From Basidiobolus meristosporus CBS 931.73 (Eukaryota; Fungi; Basidiobolomycota), in assembly GCA_002104905.1 (NCBI GenBank), contig MCFE01000489.1, positions 3,226 through 67,225 of the forward strand: a stretch of 64,000 nt of DNA, in the 5' to 3' direction. The notes under the pieces were generated by a model. That model made no database searches. It saw only the letters and a list, made by a program, of their open reading frames with translations, and was not told where the DNA came from. Below are positions 23,670 through 37,740 of this stretch, in pieces. Every line of letters begins with the position of its first letter. Position 1 is the stretch's first letter. The translations under genes and the position numbers were made by a program.

Positions 23670-23947
23670 TATGCATCAACATGCAAGACTTGGTCATGTT
23701 TACTAAGTTAGGAAATCTAGCTCCCTAACTGGTTTTCCCTAACTAAGGTATAACTAATTCTGGTTGTGATTCATTCTGTCCCATCTTCATATCCATTTTA
23801 ACAATATCAGTTGATGTTGTGCATCAAAATTCAAAGCTTGGTCAGTATTACTCTGTTAAAAAATCTAGTCCCTAGCTGATTTTCCTTGACCCAGACATAC
23901 CTAATCCCAGTATTGGTGTACTTTACCACATCTCAGAATCTACTCTT
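23670..23947. repeat. Two tandem fragments of the 696-bp LTR family seen intact at 45626-46321
   Basis: TGTTGTGCATCAA...CTAGT.CCTA.CTGATTT...CTCAGAATCTA matches 45626-45760. Confidence 0.65.
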
Positions 23948-26900
23948 TGTTGTAAGAGTCTTGGAGATATTGAAAGTGGTAGGAGAACATGTAGATAATA
24001 TGGTTTTCACTTAATGATTTATTGGGTGTAAAAGTAGTATATATACTTTTACATGGTCTTGACATAACAGACACATAGAATGGGTTTAGGATGGTTGCAA
24101 GAGCATGTGTGCAAAGTTTGGGGCTGTTTGGACAACTTTGAGAATCTTCATGTTCTAGGTACCTGATACTCTGGTAAAAATATTTTAAGTAAATCCTGGC
24201 AAGGGTTTTGGTCAGTATTCTTTAGGATTTGAAGGTACCAATCTAAGTGACTAACTCAGATGAATATTAAGGTGGAATAACAAACTTTTACAACACTCCC
24301 ACTCAACCAAATGCTCATACTGACTAGTCCTAATTTTGACCTAAAATATTCAAACTTGTCTCTAGCTAATGGTCTGGTGAATATGTCTGCAATCATTTCA
24401 CCTGTAGGACAGTAAGCTAAGTCAACCATGTTATTCCCTATTGCTTCATATATGAAATGGTGTCTTATATCTATGTGCTTAGTTCTAGCATGAAAATCTG
24501 GATTTCTGCCTGATTGTGTACCTCCTTGATCATCTTGAAATAAAGTAATAGGCGTTTTTTGACACAAGCCTAAATCTTGAATAAGCTTCCTTAACCACAT
24601 TGCTTCTTTTGTAGCCTCACAGGCTGCCATATACTCTGCCTCTGTGGTAGAAAGTGCCACAGCAGGTTTCTTTCTTTAATTCCATGAAATTACTCCTTTG
24701 AAGTAAAGAAAGGTGTATACTGTGGTGGATCTTCTGTCTTCCACATTTTGTGCCCAATCAGCATCAGAGTATCCCACAAGATTCTGTTCTGAATCCTTAT
24801 TAGTGTATCCTAAGCAGATATCAGCAGCTCCTTTTAGGTATCTAAAAATCTGCTTAACTGCTGCAATATGATCAGATCCATGGCTCTGATTATGCTGGCG
24901 AACAACTCCCACTGAATATGAGACATCTGGACATGTTCTAAGAATGATATATATCATACTGCTGACCATAGACTGACAAGGCAACTCAGGGCTTTCAGAT
25001 GACACCAAGCTCTTGGTATTTGGTTAGTTTTAACCAAGTTAAGGTTTGTCTCCATTGGGGTAGCTGTTATGAATAGACACAAGGCAGGAGAGTAGGGCTA
25101 GGCAAGGCAGGACCAAGAAAGGAGTTAGGTGTGGATCAACAAGGTAAGGCATGTTTTCAAGGTAAGGTGGATTTCCAAGGCAAGGCTGTTTATTCAAGAC
25201 CTGTGTTTATCAGACCGAGGAATACATAAAGGTGGATAGGACTATATATACTTTTGGGCAATATGGATGCCAAGAGATATTGGCTAATACTAATGGGGTT
25301 CTGGGGTGAGGCACAGTAAGTGTGCTGAGATAAAAATATACAAAAGAACAAGCTAGAATATCACATGGGGATATGTCAGGGGTTGGCTAATTATGTGACC
25401 AGGTCATATGCCATGTAATTCCCATATAGGGTATGGGACTACAGAAATTCCAATGGGAAGCTTCCATAAAATGTTCCATTGTGTACTTTTGACTTAGAGC
25501 TTTCAAGAAGTTGCTAAAATGTAGTAAAACTTTCTAGAAGGAACTTGGACTTCTTTGCTGACTTGATTTGGCTTGATAATTGGAGGCCAGGGATAATATG
25601 TGATCATGACAGTGGGCTGCCAGTTTACAATCTTCCAATTGGTACTTCTTTAGTATATCTTATCCCTTAGTAGTAACTGAGTTCTCCTAGATTGGACATC
25701 TTGAGCTCCTCAGATAGGCTGGATTTAGTCTCTTCCAATGTTTCTAGGTTATTGGAGGCTGTAATAAGATCATTCACATATAGAGCTATTAAAGCTGGAT
25801 TTGCACTACCTGGCTTATAGTATATGCTATGGGCAGCATTACTCCTTTTGAAACTCAAAGATTCCAAATAAGAATCTATTTTGCAGTTCCAGGTTCTCTG
25901 TAATTCTTTAGTCCATATAGAGACTTTGGAAGCTTGCAGGCCAAATGCAGATTACCTTGGTCAGCAAACCCATCAAGCTGGCTCATATACATATCCTAAT
26001 CAAGTTCTCCATTCAAAATGCAGTTTTTACATCCATTTGATGTATAAAAAACTTGTATTTGGCTGCAATAGCCAATGTTAATCTGATGCAATTTAATGTG
26101 GCTACTAGTACAAAGGTCTCAGTATAGTCAAGTCCTTTTGTTTGAGAGTTTCCTTTGGCCACAAGTCTTAATTTGCATCTTTCAATTGTACTATCAGCCT
26201 TTTATATTGTCTTAAAGACCCATCTGCATCCAATTGATTATTAGTTGAATGGTAATTTGACTAAGTCCCAAGTTTGATTTTCCATCAGGGCCAGATATTC
26301 CTCAGTCATTGCAGATCTCCAAAGCTTTGTCTGAGGGCTATTTAGGGCCTCTTTTACAGTCTGGGGTTCATCAATATGGACTGAATAAACATAGGCTAAG
26401 TTTGTACTCTAATTGATATAGTAATCTGGGCTATTGTGTGTCTGGTTGGATCTCTATGCACTTGATACTGAAATGATCTCTACTGGGATATTCCTGGACA
26501 CAAATTCAGGCTGAAACATGGTTGTAAAGTCCTCTGGAGCAAAAAAAACTTCACTGTTTTGCTTTAATTTAATCCTGACAATTGGTGGACTTGACATCAG
26601 ATTTTTGCAATCAACTAATGTCATCTTTCATGGAAATTTTGCATTCTCATTAAACAATGCATCCCCAGACTTGATAAGCTACTTTTCTTTAGTATTGTAG
26701 AGTCTCTATACTTTACTCATATTGCATTGGCCCAAAAAAATGCATTTTGCACTTTTTGGCTCAGTTTTGACTGATTTCCGCACAGTTTCTTAATAAAGTC
26801 TGTATACCCAAGTATTCCTAGATGTTCCACACTTGGTCTGTATACTAGCATGCTTTAGACTGAGTAGAATCATAAAGTATTCTGTTAAAACTTTTACTTT

Positions 26901-27940
26901 TAAGGTATACAGCTGTGGCAACTGATTCTGCCCAAAAATCATAGGATAATATTTGATCTTGGAACATAGATCTCACCATGTCAACAATTGACTTATTTGC
27001 TGATTCTGCTACTCCAATTTGCTGTGGAGAGTATAGTACAGTAGTCTCTTGCTTTATCCCATGACTTTTGCAGAAGTGGATGTAGAGTTTTGAGGTATAT
27101 TCTCAACCATTGTCAGAGCATATTTTCTTGATTTTTTCACCAGTTTCTCTGGCCACCATGGCTTTAAACCCCCTGAGCTTAGACAGAGCTTCATCCTTTC
27201 TCTCCTTGAAGTAGACCCGCATGTATCTTACATAATCATCAATACAAGTGATTGAATACTTCATCCTGCCTAAAGATAAATATGGCATAGGTCCACACAG
27301 ATTTGAGTGAGCTAAATATAATTTTTCTCATTGTGATTACTCTAGAGCTCTTGAGCAGTTGTCTGGCTTGTTACCATATATGCAGGCTATACAGTGCTTC
27401 ATATTAGCTGGGGGATCAGTCTTACCCCTGAAACTAGCTGATATTTAATCATTTTGCACAAACTATCAAAATTGATGTGTCCAAATCTTCTGTGCCACAG
27501 CAGTAGTGTTTCTTCACTTAAGTTACTTATATTGGCTTCCAGATATGCTGGAATATAAGACAAATTATACAGATTCCAATCTCTTATACCCAAAGCAATA
27601 TAAGTACCATTTTGTTCCGTAATCCTGCATCCAGAGTTGTCAAAATGAAACTGAGTCCTTCTGCTGTGGCCTTGCTTACAGATAGTAGGTTCTTGGCTAT
27701 TTCTGGTACATCAAGTACCTCTTCAAAGGTCAGTGTATGGCTTCCTTCACTGCTCCTGAAGTTTACTTGTATAACTTTTCCCCACTGCATCAAGTGTTCT
27801 ACTGGCACCCATAAAGACCTTCTTAATTCAAATTTCTTGATATTGGGTAAAAAGTTCTTTTTGGTGTGTAAAGTCTTGAGTTACTCCATACTCATTATAC
27901 CCTATCTGAGAATCCTTGTTTGCAGTCATACTTGAGTGCA
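23948..27940 (-). mobile_element. Copia family-1 element B (3' LTR 23948-24295, RNase H, RT, integrase, protease; 5'-truncated)
   Basis: ALSTTEAEY, ARTKHIDIRHHF, GYSDADW, LALYV(N)DL, integrase ITCIDDY/CSDNG; PPT GAGTGGGAG abuts the LTR; many stops. Confidence 0.93.
25065..25611. repeat. Solo LTR (~547 bp, TGTTA...TGACA) inserted in Copia B RT
   Basis: Interrupts GGGGTAGC|TGCC of the RT (contiguous in element C); related sequence at ~33130-33560. Confidence 0.75.
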
Positions 27941-28544
27941 GTTTCCTGGGAGTGTCCTGTGGTCTGGGGTTGGAAGTTCAGGTAGCAGTAGGTAGTAGTA
28001 ATCACACTAATCAACAAGTTGGTATACTGATAAAAGGGATGATGATTTATTGTTGAGGGATAGCCTCCCTTATATACTTTTCTTACTGGCTAAGCAATTA
28101 CTAACATGGTGTTCCGGAAGGTTCCAGATATCAATAGAAATCTTAATGACATCAGAATGACCTAACAGTGTTCTAGTAGGTGCTGGAAGGTTCTAAGAGG
28201 CACAGCACATCCTACCAATCAGGAATTAGTACTCTGAAACCTGTGTAACATAGGGATGCCATATATGGTATGAAAATGGTTGGGATGGTGACACAGGTTT
28301 ATTATGCGTCATGGGTACAGGTGCAGGTGCTTGTCTATTATAGAAGCACTTATGGCTAGTAATCTTACATAAAGTGAGCAATAACTTATTCAATAAGGAA
28401 AGCAGGTGTGACAGTCAACTGGCTTATGGGATAGTACTGATCAGGTAAGACAAATGGGATAAAACTAAAGCAAGTGTGGTAGAGATATAGGGAAGTAGAA
28501 AACATGGGATTGAGCACATGTGTCAGTGGGTGTCACTGTCACCC
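27941..28544. repeat. ~600-bp LTR-like repeat joining Copia B and Copia C
   Basis: Homologous along its length to 37741-38354; lacks ~10 terminal nt at the left junction. Confidence 0.75.
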
Positions 28545-31500
28545 CAGAACACCAAAGTCTCAAAAAGAGAGATAATCAGCAAAAGAAGCCTAAATATGGA
28601 AATGCTGCAATAACCAAAGATAGACTATTCATATCTGCAAAGAATATGACCACAAAAAAGGATCCACAGACATGGCACATTGACTCTGGTGCATCTCAAC
28701 ACTTTACACACCAATAAGAACTTTTTACCTAATATCAAGATATTCCAATCAAGAAGGTTTTCATGGGTGATAATAGAACACTTGATGCAGTGGGAGAAGG
28801 CACTATCCAAGTAAACCTAAGAAGCAGTGAAGGAAGCCATACACTGACCTTTAAAGAAGTGCTTTATGTACCAGGAATAGCCAAGAACCTACTATCTGTA
28901 ATCAAGGCCACAGCAGAAGGACTCAGTTTCAGCTTTGACAATTCTGGACGCAAGATCACTGATCAAAATGGTGCCCATATTACTTTGGGTATCAGATATC
29001 AGAATCTATACAAGTTGACCTATATTCCATCATATTTGGAAGCCAATACAAGTAACTTAAATGAAGAAACACCAATGCTGAAGCACAGAAGATTTGGGCA
29101 CATCAATTTTGATCATTTGTACAAAATGATCAAAGATCAGCCAATTTCCAGAGTAAAAATTGATCCCCAGCTAATTTGGAGCATTGTGAAGCCTGCATAT
29201 GTGGGAAACAAGCCAGTCAGCTGTTCAAGAGCTATGGGTTAATCAAAACCAAGAAAAAATTAGATCTAATTCACTCAGATCTGTGTGGACCTATGCAAAA
29301 TTTATATTTAGGTGAGATCAAGTATTTAATCACTTTGAATGATGATTATACAAGATACACATGGATCTACTCCATGGAGTGAAAAAAAGAAGCTTTTTCT
29401 AAGTTTGAGTAGTTTAAAGCCATAGTGGAGAGAGAAACTGGTGAAAAAATCAAGAAAATATGCTCTTACAATGGTGGAGAATATACCCCAAAACTCTTTA
29501 TCCACTTCTGCAAAATTCATGGGATAAAGCAAGAGACTACTCTACCATACTCCACACCATAAAATGCAGTAGTTGAAAGTGCAAACAGATCAACAATTGA
29601 TATGGCAAGATCTATGATCCATGATGAAAAATTATCCTATGATTTTAGGGTGGAATCAGTTTCCATTGCTCTATACCTTATAAATAGGAGTTATAAGAGA
29701 GTACTTTATGATTCAACTCCATTTGAAGTATGGTATGGGTACAGACCAAGTGCAGAACACCTAAGAATATTTGGGCATACAGCAAATGCCAAGAAACTGC
29801 CCAGAAATCAGTAAAGATTTGAGCCAAAAAGTGTAAGATGCTTATTTCTGGGTTACCACAATGGGAGTAATGCATACAGACTCAGCAATACCAAAGCAAA
29901 GATGCTCATCAAGTCCAGGGATGTGTTGTTTGATGAAAATTCAAAATTTTCACAAATGATGACACCAGATGATGACCAAAACTTGCTCTCAGGTCCACCA
30001 ATTGTCAGGATTGAATCAGAGCAAAACAATGTAAAATTTTTCACTCCAGAGGACTCTACAACTGTGGTTTGGGCAGAAGCGGTGCCCAGGAAGATCCCAG
30101 AAGTAATCATTCCAGTGCCAAATGCCTGGAGATCCAATTGGACAAGAAATAGCCCAAATTACTATATCAATGAAGGTACAGACTTAGCATATGCCTATTC
30201 AGTCCATGTTGATGAACCCCAGACTGTAAAAGAGGCCATAAATAGCCCTCAGACAAAGTCTTGAAGATCTGCAACGACTGAGGATTATCAGGCCCTGATG
30301 GAAAATCAAACTTGGGACTTAGTCAAATTACCATTCAACCAAAGATCAAATGGATGCAGATGGGTCTTCAAGATAAAATACAAGGCTGATGGTACAATTG
30401 AAAGATGCAAAGCAAGACTTATGGCCAAAGGTTACTCTCAAACAAAAGGACTTGACTATACCAAGATCTTTGCACTGGTAGCCAAGTTTAATTCCATCAG
30501 ACTAATATTGCCTATTGCAGCCAAATATAAGTTTTTCACTCATCAAATGGATGTAAAAACTGCATTTTTGAATGGAGAACTTGATGAGGATGTGTATATG
30601 GACCAGCCTGATGGGTTTGCTGACCAAGATAACCCCCATTTGGTCTGCAAGCTTAAAAAGTCACTATATGGTCTCAAACAATCACCAAGAGCCTGGAATT
30701 GCAAGAGAGATTCTTATTTGGAATCTTTGAGTTTCAAAAGGAGTAATGCTGACTATAGTATATACTATAAGCCAGATAGAGCAAATCCAGTTCTATTAGC
30801 TCTATATGTGGATGATCTTATTATAGCCACCAATAACCTAGAAACATTGGAAGAAACTAAATCCAGCCTATCTAAGGAGTTCAAGATGTCTGATTTAGGA
30901 GAACTTAGTTACTACTTAGGGATTAAGTTCTCCATAGACAGAAGTACCCAGACTATTACCCTAAGCCAATCCAAGCATATTCAAGATATACTAAAGAAGT
31001 ACCAAATGGAAGACTGTAAACCGGCAGCTACCCCAATTGAGACAAACCTTAACTTGGTCAAAACTCAACCAAATCAAGAGAGCTTGGTGCCATCTGAAAG
31101 CCCTGACTTTCCTTATCAATCTATGGTCGGCAGTCTGATGTATATCATGCTTGGAACACCTCCAGATATCTCATATTCAGTGGGAGTTGCCAGCCAACAT
31201 AATCAGAACTATGGATTTAATCATATTGCAATAGTTAAGTGGATTTATAGATACCTAAAGAGAACTGCAGATATCTGCTTAAGATACACCTATAAGGATT
31301 TAGAACAAGATCTTGTGGGATACTCTGATGCAGATTGGGGACAAAATTTAGTTTATTGGCTATTGCAACCAAATATATAATTTTTTATTCATCAAATGGA
31401 TGTAAGAACTCCATTTTTGAATGGAGAACTTGATGAGGACATGTATATGGATCAGCCTGATAGGTTTGCTGACCAAGATAACCCCTGTTTGATCTGCAAG

Positions 31501-32993
31501 CTTAAAAAGTCGCTATATGGTCTCAAACAATTACCAAGAGCCTGGAATTGCAAGATAGATTCTAATTTGGAATCTTTGAGTTTCAAAAGGAGTAATGCTG
31601 ACTATAGTATATACTATAAGCCAGATAGAGCAAATCCAGTTCTGTTAGCTCTATACATGGATGATCTTATGATAGCAATCAATAACTTAGCAACATTGGA
31701 AGAGACTAAATCCAGCCTATCTAAGGAGTTCAAGATGTCAAATATAGGAGACCTCAGTTACTACTTAGGGATTAAGCTCTCCATAGACAGAAGTACCCAG
31801 ACTATCACCCTAAGTCAATCCAAGTATATTTAATATATACTAAATAAGCACCAAATGGAAGACTGTAAACCGGCAGGTACCCAATAGAGACAAATCTCAA
31901 CTTGGTCAAAACTTAACCAAATCAAGAGTGCTTGGTGCCATCTGAAAGCCCTGACTTTCCTTATCAATCCATGGTCAGCAGTCTGATGTACATCATGCTT
32001 GGTACACATCCAAATATCTTGTATTCAGTGGGAGTTGTCAGCAAAAATGATCAGAACTATGGATTTAATCATATTGCAATAGTTAAGTGGATTTATAGAT
32101 ACCTAAAGAGAACTACAGATATCTTCTTAAGATACACTTATAAGGATTCAGAACAGGATCTTGTGGGATAATCTGAAGCAGATTGGGGACAAAATATGGA
32201 AGACAGAAGATCCACCACAGGATACACCTTTCTTTACTGTAAAGGAGCAATTTCATGGAACTCAAGAAAGTAGCCAACCATAGCACTTTCAACCACAGAG
32301 GCAGAATGTATGGCAGCCTGTGAAGCTACAAAAGAAGCAATATGGTTAAGAAAGCTCTTTGCAGATTTAGGCCTATGTCAAAAAATACCTATTACTTTAT
32401 TTCAGGATAATCAAGAATGTAGACAATTAGGTAGAAATCCAACTTTTCATGCTAGTACTAAGCACATAGATATCAAACATCATTTCATATGTGAAGCTAT
32501 AGAGAATAACTTAGTTAGCTTAGCTTACTATCATTCAGATGAAATGATTGCAGACATATAAACCAAACCATTAGCTAGAGACAAGTTTGAATATCTCAGG
32601 TTAAAATTAGGACCAGTCAGTATAAGCATTTATCTGAGTGTGAGTGTTGTAAAAACTTCTAATTCCACCTAAGTATTCACCTAACTTAGTCACTTAGATC
32701 ATTACCTTCAAAACCTAGAGAGTACTGACCAAATTCCTTGTCAGGATTTACTTACAATATTTTCACCAAAATACCAGGTACCCAGAACATGAGAATTCTG
32801 AAAGTTGTCCAAAGAGCCCCAAACTTTGCACACATGTTCTTGGGACCTTCCTTAACCTATTCTATGTGTTTGGAATGCCCAGACCATGTAAAAGCATATA
32901 TACTACTTTTACATTTAGTAGATCATTAAGTGAAAACCACATAATCTACTTGTCCTCCCAATCACTTGCAATATCTCCAAGACTCTTACAACA
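28545..32993 (+). mobile_element. Copia family-1 element C (protease, integrase, RT with internal duplication, RNase H, 3' LTR 32645-32993; 5'-truncated)
   Basis: WHIDSGASQH, HSDLCGP, ENQTWDLV, CRWVFKIK, QMDVKTAFLNG, LYGLKQSPRAW, LYVDDL, STKHIDIKHHF; PPT then TGTTG...CAACA LTR. Confidence 0.95.
30505..32190 (+). repeat. ~850-bp internal tandem duplication of the RT core in Copia C
   Basis: AAKYKFFTHQMDVK...DLVGYSDADWGQN (~30505-31345) is repeated at ~31350-32190 with divergence. Confidence 0.9.
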
Positions 32994-33129
32994 TGAAATA
33001 CCCATTGTAGTGGTGGGTGAGCAAATCAGGAGGGGTGATTGTTTAGAGGAGTATATGAATGGCACAGTGAATGTCAAAAAAGGAAATATATATTGGTAAA
33101 TTGGTATGGTGTGATTACACAAAACTAGC

Positions 33130-33560
33130 TGCAGGCATTAGGAATAGATCCAAGACAAGAGCATGGAGCTAAGCAAGGCAGGGCTGGGAAAGGACTTGAG
33201 TGAGGATGAAAAAGGCAAGGCAGATTCTAAGGGAAAGCTGTTCATTCAAAGCCTGTGTTTGTCATACTGAGGAATATAATGGGGGAGATAGGACATTCTA
33301 TACTGCTGGCAATATGGATGCCATCAGATGTTGACTAATACTGATGGGGTTATACATGGGGCACAGCAAGTGTGCAAGATAGAAGTATATCAAAAAATAG
33401 ACTGGTATATCAAATGGAGATATGCCAGATGTTGGGTGTGCATGTAGCTAAGTTGTATGCCATGTGACTACCACATATGGCATGACACTACATAGATACC
33501 AATTGGAGGGCTCCACAGAATATGTAATGTAGACTTGGAGCCTTCAAAGAGCTGCTAGAA
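33130..33560. repeat. Degenerate copy of the 25065-25611 LTR family
   Basis: Shared blocks CTAGGCAAGGCAGG, CAAGGCTGTT, GGCAATATGGATGCC, CTAATACT.ATGGGGTT. Confidence 0.6.
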
Positions 33561-33884
33561 TTGTTGTATTGTATTATGATCAGTTTGGGGCTTGTTCTGC
33601 AATGTAAAGGCTAATCAACAATATACAACAACTTCCAGTATGCTTATACTGAAATAGTTTACTGGCAGCTTGATATACCAATAGAAGATATCACTTTCAC
33701 CAATATCCTCAATCTTAGGCTCAAAATATACTATAGGCAGTGATTCTCACTTCTACAGCAGTGTTCTGACCTTCTGTCATCTATTGAGCTTATGTACTTT
33801 TATAGTAACCTTTCCTTATCTGGAAGTCACTTTCCTCTCTGAGATAATATTTCCTAATATGGAAATTTTAAACTCCCCATTTAC

Positions 33885-34055
33885 CTAAAGGGTGTGTTGT
33901 AGAAGTCTCTAAAGGGGTATTTAGACCTAAAGGGGTGTCCAAAGGGGTATCTTTAGAGTAAAGGGGCTTCTAGTAGTGGTCTATAGAGTGGTCTTTAGAC
34001 TAAAGGGGTGTCCAAAGGGGTGTCATTAGAGTAAAGGGGTTTCTTAGAGGGGACT
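33885..34055. repeat. Degenerate array of (T)AAAGGGGT motifs
   Basis: About ten imperfect copies with variable spacing. Confidence 0.7.
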
Positions 34056-34059
34056 TTTC

Positions 34060-35500
34060 TGACAGAAAAGTGGTTTTTTTCTTGTAGAACTTATTTGGAA
34101 TCTTGTGAGCTTTGCAGTCTCTTTACTCATGTAGTACCAATCAAAGTCAGAATACTCCACAGTGTAAGTGGTGGAGGGGAAGTTCTATAGCCTTTAAGCT
34201 TGTAAGTGTAGTGTGGAGATTCTGACAAGAGAGGCTCTCCTTCATTTTTCAGCTGGGGAAGTCATATATTTGCAATTTCTGAAGGATCAAAGTTTTTTGG
34301 CAATTGCACAAGCAATATATGTGATACAAAGCTAACACTTTGCAGTTGCACAGACTGGACATAGGCACAGCACCTGTGATAGTTTTATGTGAATTGATTG
34401 GCTGGTTCAAAAGTCATATGTGATGACAGTCACCAAGGTAATCCTTGCAATAGAGGCCTAATATATATAATAATTGGACTCTTTTGGCCATAATTCCTTA
34501 TGTACTGCTTCAAATGAGCTGTAACTTGAAACATGCGCTAGCTACAGCTTGTTCTGTATGACATAATATTCTTGGGTGGATTGCTTGTCAGGGTCTGGAG
34601 TATTTGTCCTTCAAGGTTGGAATTTCTTAATCTCTCACTTGTTTGTTACAATAGCAAAAGCAAACAAAGAAATGAGCACAATACTGATTCTGAGATATTG
34701 TAGTAATGGAATACTTTCCATTACCACAGAGTTTAGCAGAAATCTCCAGAAGCAGCTGGTATTTCTGAAACAACTTGCTTTAGCTTGGTCTTTAGCAAGC
34801 AGAGGTGTCATGTAATCTTGCCACTAATATCTTCTTGTAAGGGGTTTTCCATTTGCTTTGGGCTTTAAGCTGTAAGTGTATGACAGGTGAAAAATATAAC
34901 TAGAGATTAGTAGTTGGAGAGCTTTGTTGCTAGTTCCATAGTTTGCTCCTTTAGACCATAACCAAAGCAGTCTACTACATAGTGGAGTTGGATCCAATGT
35001 ACTTTGAGTTCAGAATTTGTTGGACCTCAAACTCATTGTGTTTGACTCTTTGGATTGCTGGTATAATAGCTAGGAGTCAATCAGGCAGGGTGCTTTTGTG
35101 GAATGGTTCAAAGAGCAATTTATGACATGTATTGTGGATCTTCATACTTAGTGGTCATTATAGTTGATATACAACTGAGCAAAGCCGCTTTTGATCTTGA
35201 ATAGACCTAGTTTCCTGATGGATCACCATTCACAGATACCTTACTGAATCTCCATCATTATGCTCAGGAATTGGCTACTGTTTGTTGTTATCAAACCACT
35301 TCAATTCTCAGAGTCCAAGAATGGCTCTTTCTTAAGTATCATCTGTATTGTTGGAGCTGCTGTGGCATGTTCAGCTGCCAGGGGGCTCATTGGGCATATT
35401 AGGGTCTGTGCATCAAGCTGTGTTTTGAAACTATACCCTATGAATATTGATTTGGTCCTGCAGGTGAGCCCAGTCTAGATCAAATGTCAGGATACCAAAT
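34060..35500 (-). mobile_element. Possible MULE-like DNA transposon relic
   Basis: Weak: minus-strand fragments resembling WRKY/FAR1-type (K.KSG.AQLYINY...H) and SWIM-like (CNCK...C) motifs; heavily degraded. Confidence 0.25.
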
Positions 35501-35703
35501 GATGCCATCACATAGCCAGCAGCTTAGAATTATTGACACTCCAAAAAATGCTATGATAATATTGTGACAGCATTTTGCTAGTTTTACTGCCAAATAACAA
35601 GATTAACTTGATGGTATTTAAACTGTGGTTTGATGAGACTTTCTTGGCAGCTTAGTGTTCTTAATGCAGTTGACATTGGCTCAGTTAGACCTATCTGCCC
35701 AAT

Positions 35704-36140
35704 AGACTTCTTCCCATGCATATTGCTGCATTGAGCCATAAGTGCCAAATAGTTCTATAGAGTGCTGGAGAAGCTAACTGCATATACACTAGGCCACAGA
35801 GTGTGAAATATAGATCTTCATCTTCATGCAAAGCAGTCCCTGTGCTTCACTTAATCAGCTGACAAAGATTCATTTTTTGACTTTTTTTTGGGATCAATCT
35901 TGCCTATGATATATTAGAGCACAGGAGAATTGAAGGGATGCTTCTAGTACTCACTACCCACAGTACTCTGAACCTAGCTCCAGAGGTTTATAACATGTCA
36001 TAAGAATAAATGACAGCATCTTGGCCCACTGGTACTATCTGTCACTAAATTTAACTACTACCTTAAAGTTAAACTAATACAAAGCACTTATAGTGCCAGA
36101 TAGTACCAGTGAACCAAGATGTTGCCCTGCATTATTGTGA
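35704..36140. mobile_element. Partial AGACTTG-family foldback element (left arm, spacer, start of right arm)
   Basis: Begins AAT|AGACTTCTTCC; homologous to 41668-42120. Confidence 0.7.
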
Positions 36141-37200
36141 CAGGTTACTAACAGTCTTGATGCACTCTACACTTATTTTAGCAGACCTAACTGGCCAGTA
36201 CATCCAATTGCTGTACATGGTAAGAAACGTAATGGTGTTCTGACAACCTAATTGCAAACCTCTGTAGGCATTATCATGGCTGTACAGTGGCCTACAGCTA
36301 GTTCTGTGTGATGCTACAGTATAAATATACCAAATACTACTTTCTTTTTCTACCTTCCCTTGCACCATTTCTAATACCACCGTGAATTCACCCTTCTTTC
36401 TTTACTTACCCACAACTACCTTGAGTCTCCAAGTTGAGTTCAAATAAAGAAAACTATGGCATCCTGCATACTAACCTCTACATATATGCGCACCTGCAGC
36501 AATTGACACACCTCTACCACCTTAACTTCAAAGCTCTTTAGTGTGATACTAGCAAAGTTGCTATATACCTTAAATTGCTGGTAACATATACACTTTGCAA
36601 CTGATGCTTATTTGCTGCCACTTTTGCCATGAATGCCTCCTGAATATCTGCAAATAGCTACTTGGTACTAAGCCAGTATATTCCTTCTCCCTGCAGGATT
36701 CTAGTCCATCTTATAGATGTGTTTTTTCTCCTATTTGTGTCAACTCAGTATTGAATGGTGTGGAAACTGGCTTGTGACCAAGAGAAGCCCAACATATTTT
36801 GGTTAAGTTGTCCTAAAAAGAATTAGATGCTGGTTGCACCCAACCCTACTTTGCATTACTTGACTGATTACCCAGGTATTGGGGTGGCTTAGCTTCTTGA
36901 TGCAATAGGCACATGTGTCTCCATGTGTGCATCTATCCTCAGTATCTTCCAACTCTTTCTGGCTGTCCTCCATGTGCCAACCCAGCATATCTATGACAGA
37001 TTTTAAGATACTATTCTAGATGAGATTGGGATATGGTTGCACCTGCATCTTGACCTGACTTCCTAGCTCCCAACACAGCTGCTCAATGGGGAACTCCTCA
37101 AAGATGAGGCAAGGCCCAATATTCCTCACACACAAAGCAAGATAGAATCAAGAATGGACACAGTAGTTGCTGCAATCTACATGTTCAGCTTTATGCCTGT

Positions 37201-37567
37201 GTTATGATCTGCCACTTGAATATATAAGTTAAATCAGTTTTTAGTCAAATCAACTAGTTATTTGTTTAGGTTATCAGTATATCAGTATTATATATCAAAT
37301 TAGTAACATTAGTCAGCAAATGAATCAGCAGATCCTTATCAGACAGAAATAGATATATTAGGTAGGATCTTATTGGGTGATGATGATGCAATGAAATGAG
37401 TCATCAGCCACAACCTACATTAGGAAATATAATTAGTCAGCAATTGATCTGGCAAAATGTATATAAGGAGCTGCTGGAATCTCAATAAAGATCAGTTCAA
37501 GTTTTAGTGAATAAATACTAGCCAAACTCCCTATTCCTCTACAACTCTTATACCAAGACTTGTAACA
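37201..37567 (+). repeat. Solo LTR of the Gypsy family
   Basis: Homologous to G1/G2 LTRs; flanks CCTGT|GTTATG...GTAACA|CCTGT. Confidence 0.92.
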
Positions 37568-37740
37568 CCTGTGGCATAGCCACAAAAATCATGTTACAAG
37601 CTCCTTGCAAAAAAGCTGTCAATGTATCAAGTTAGTATTGGTAATCTTCTTATGGATAAATATTCTTACAATGTCAACATATGGCTCCTAATGCTTTCAG
37701 TGTACTCTTGGTAGAAAAAGTGCCTCCAAGGTCAGTTAGC

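Noticed and set aside
33885-34055. Interstitial telomere array
   Set aside because: Units are irregular and do not match a strict TTAGGG-type tandem repeat; kept only as a low-interest repeat
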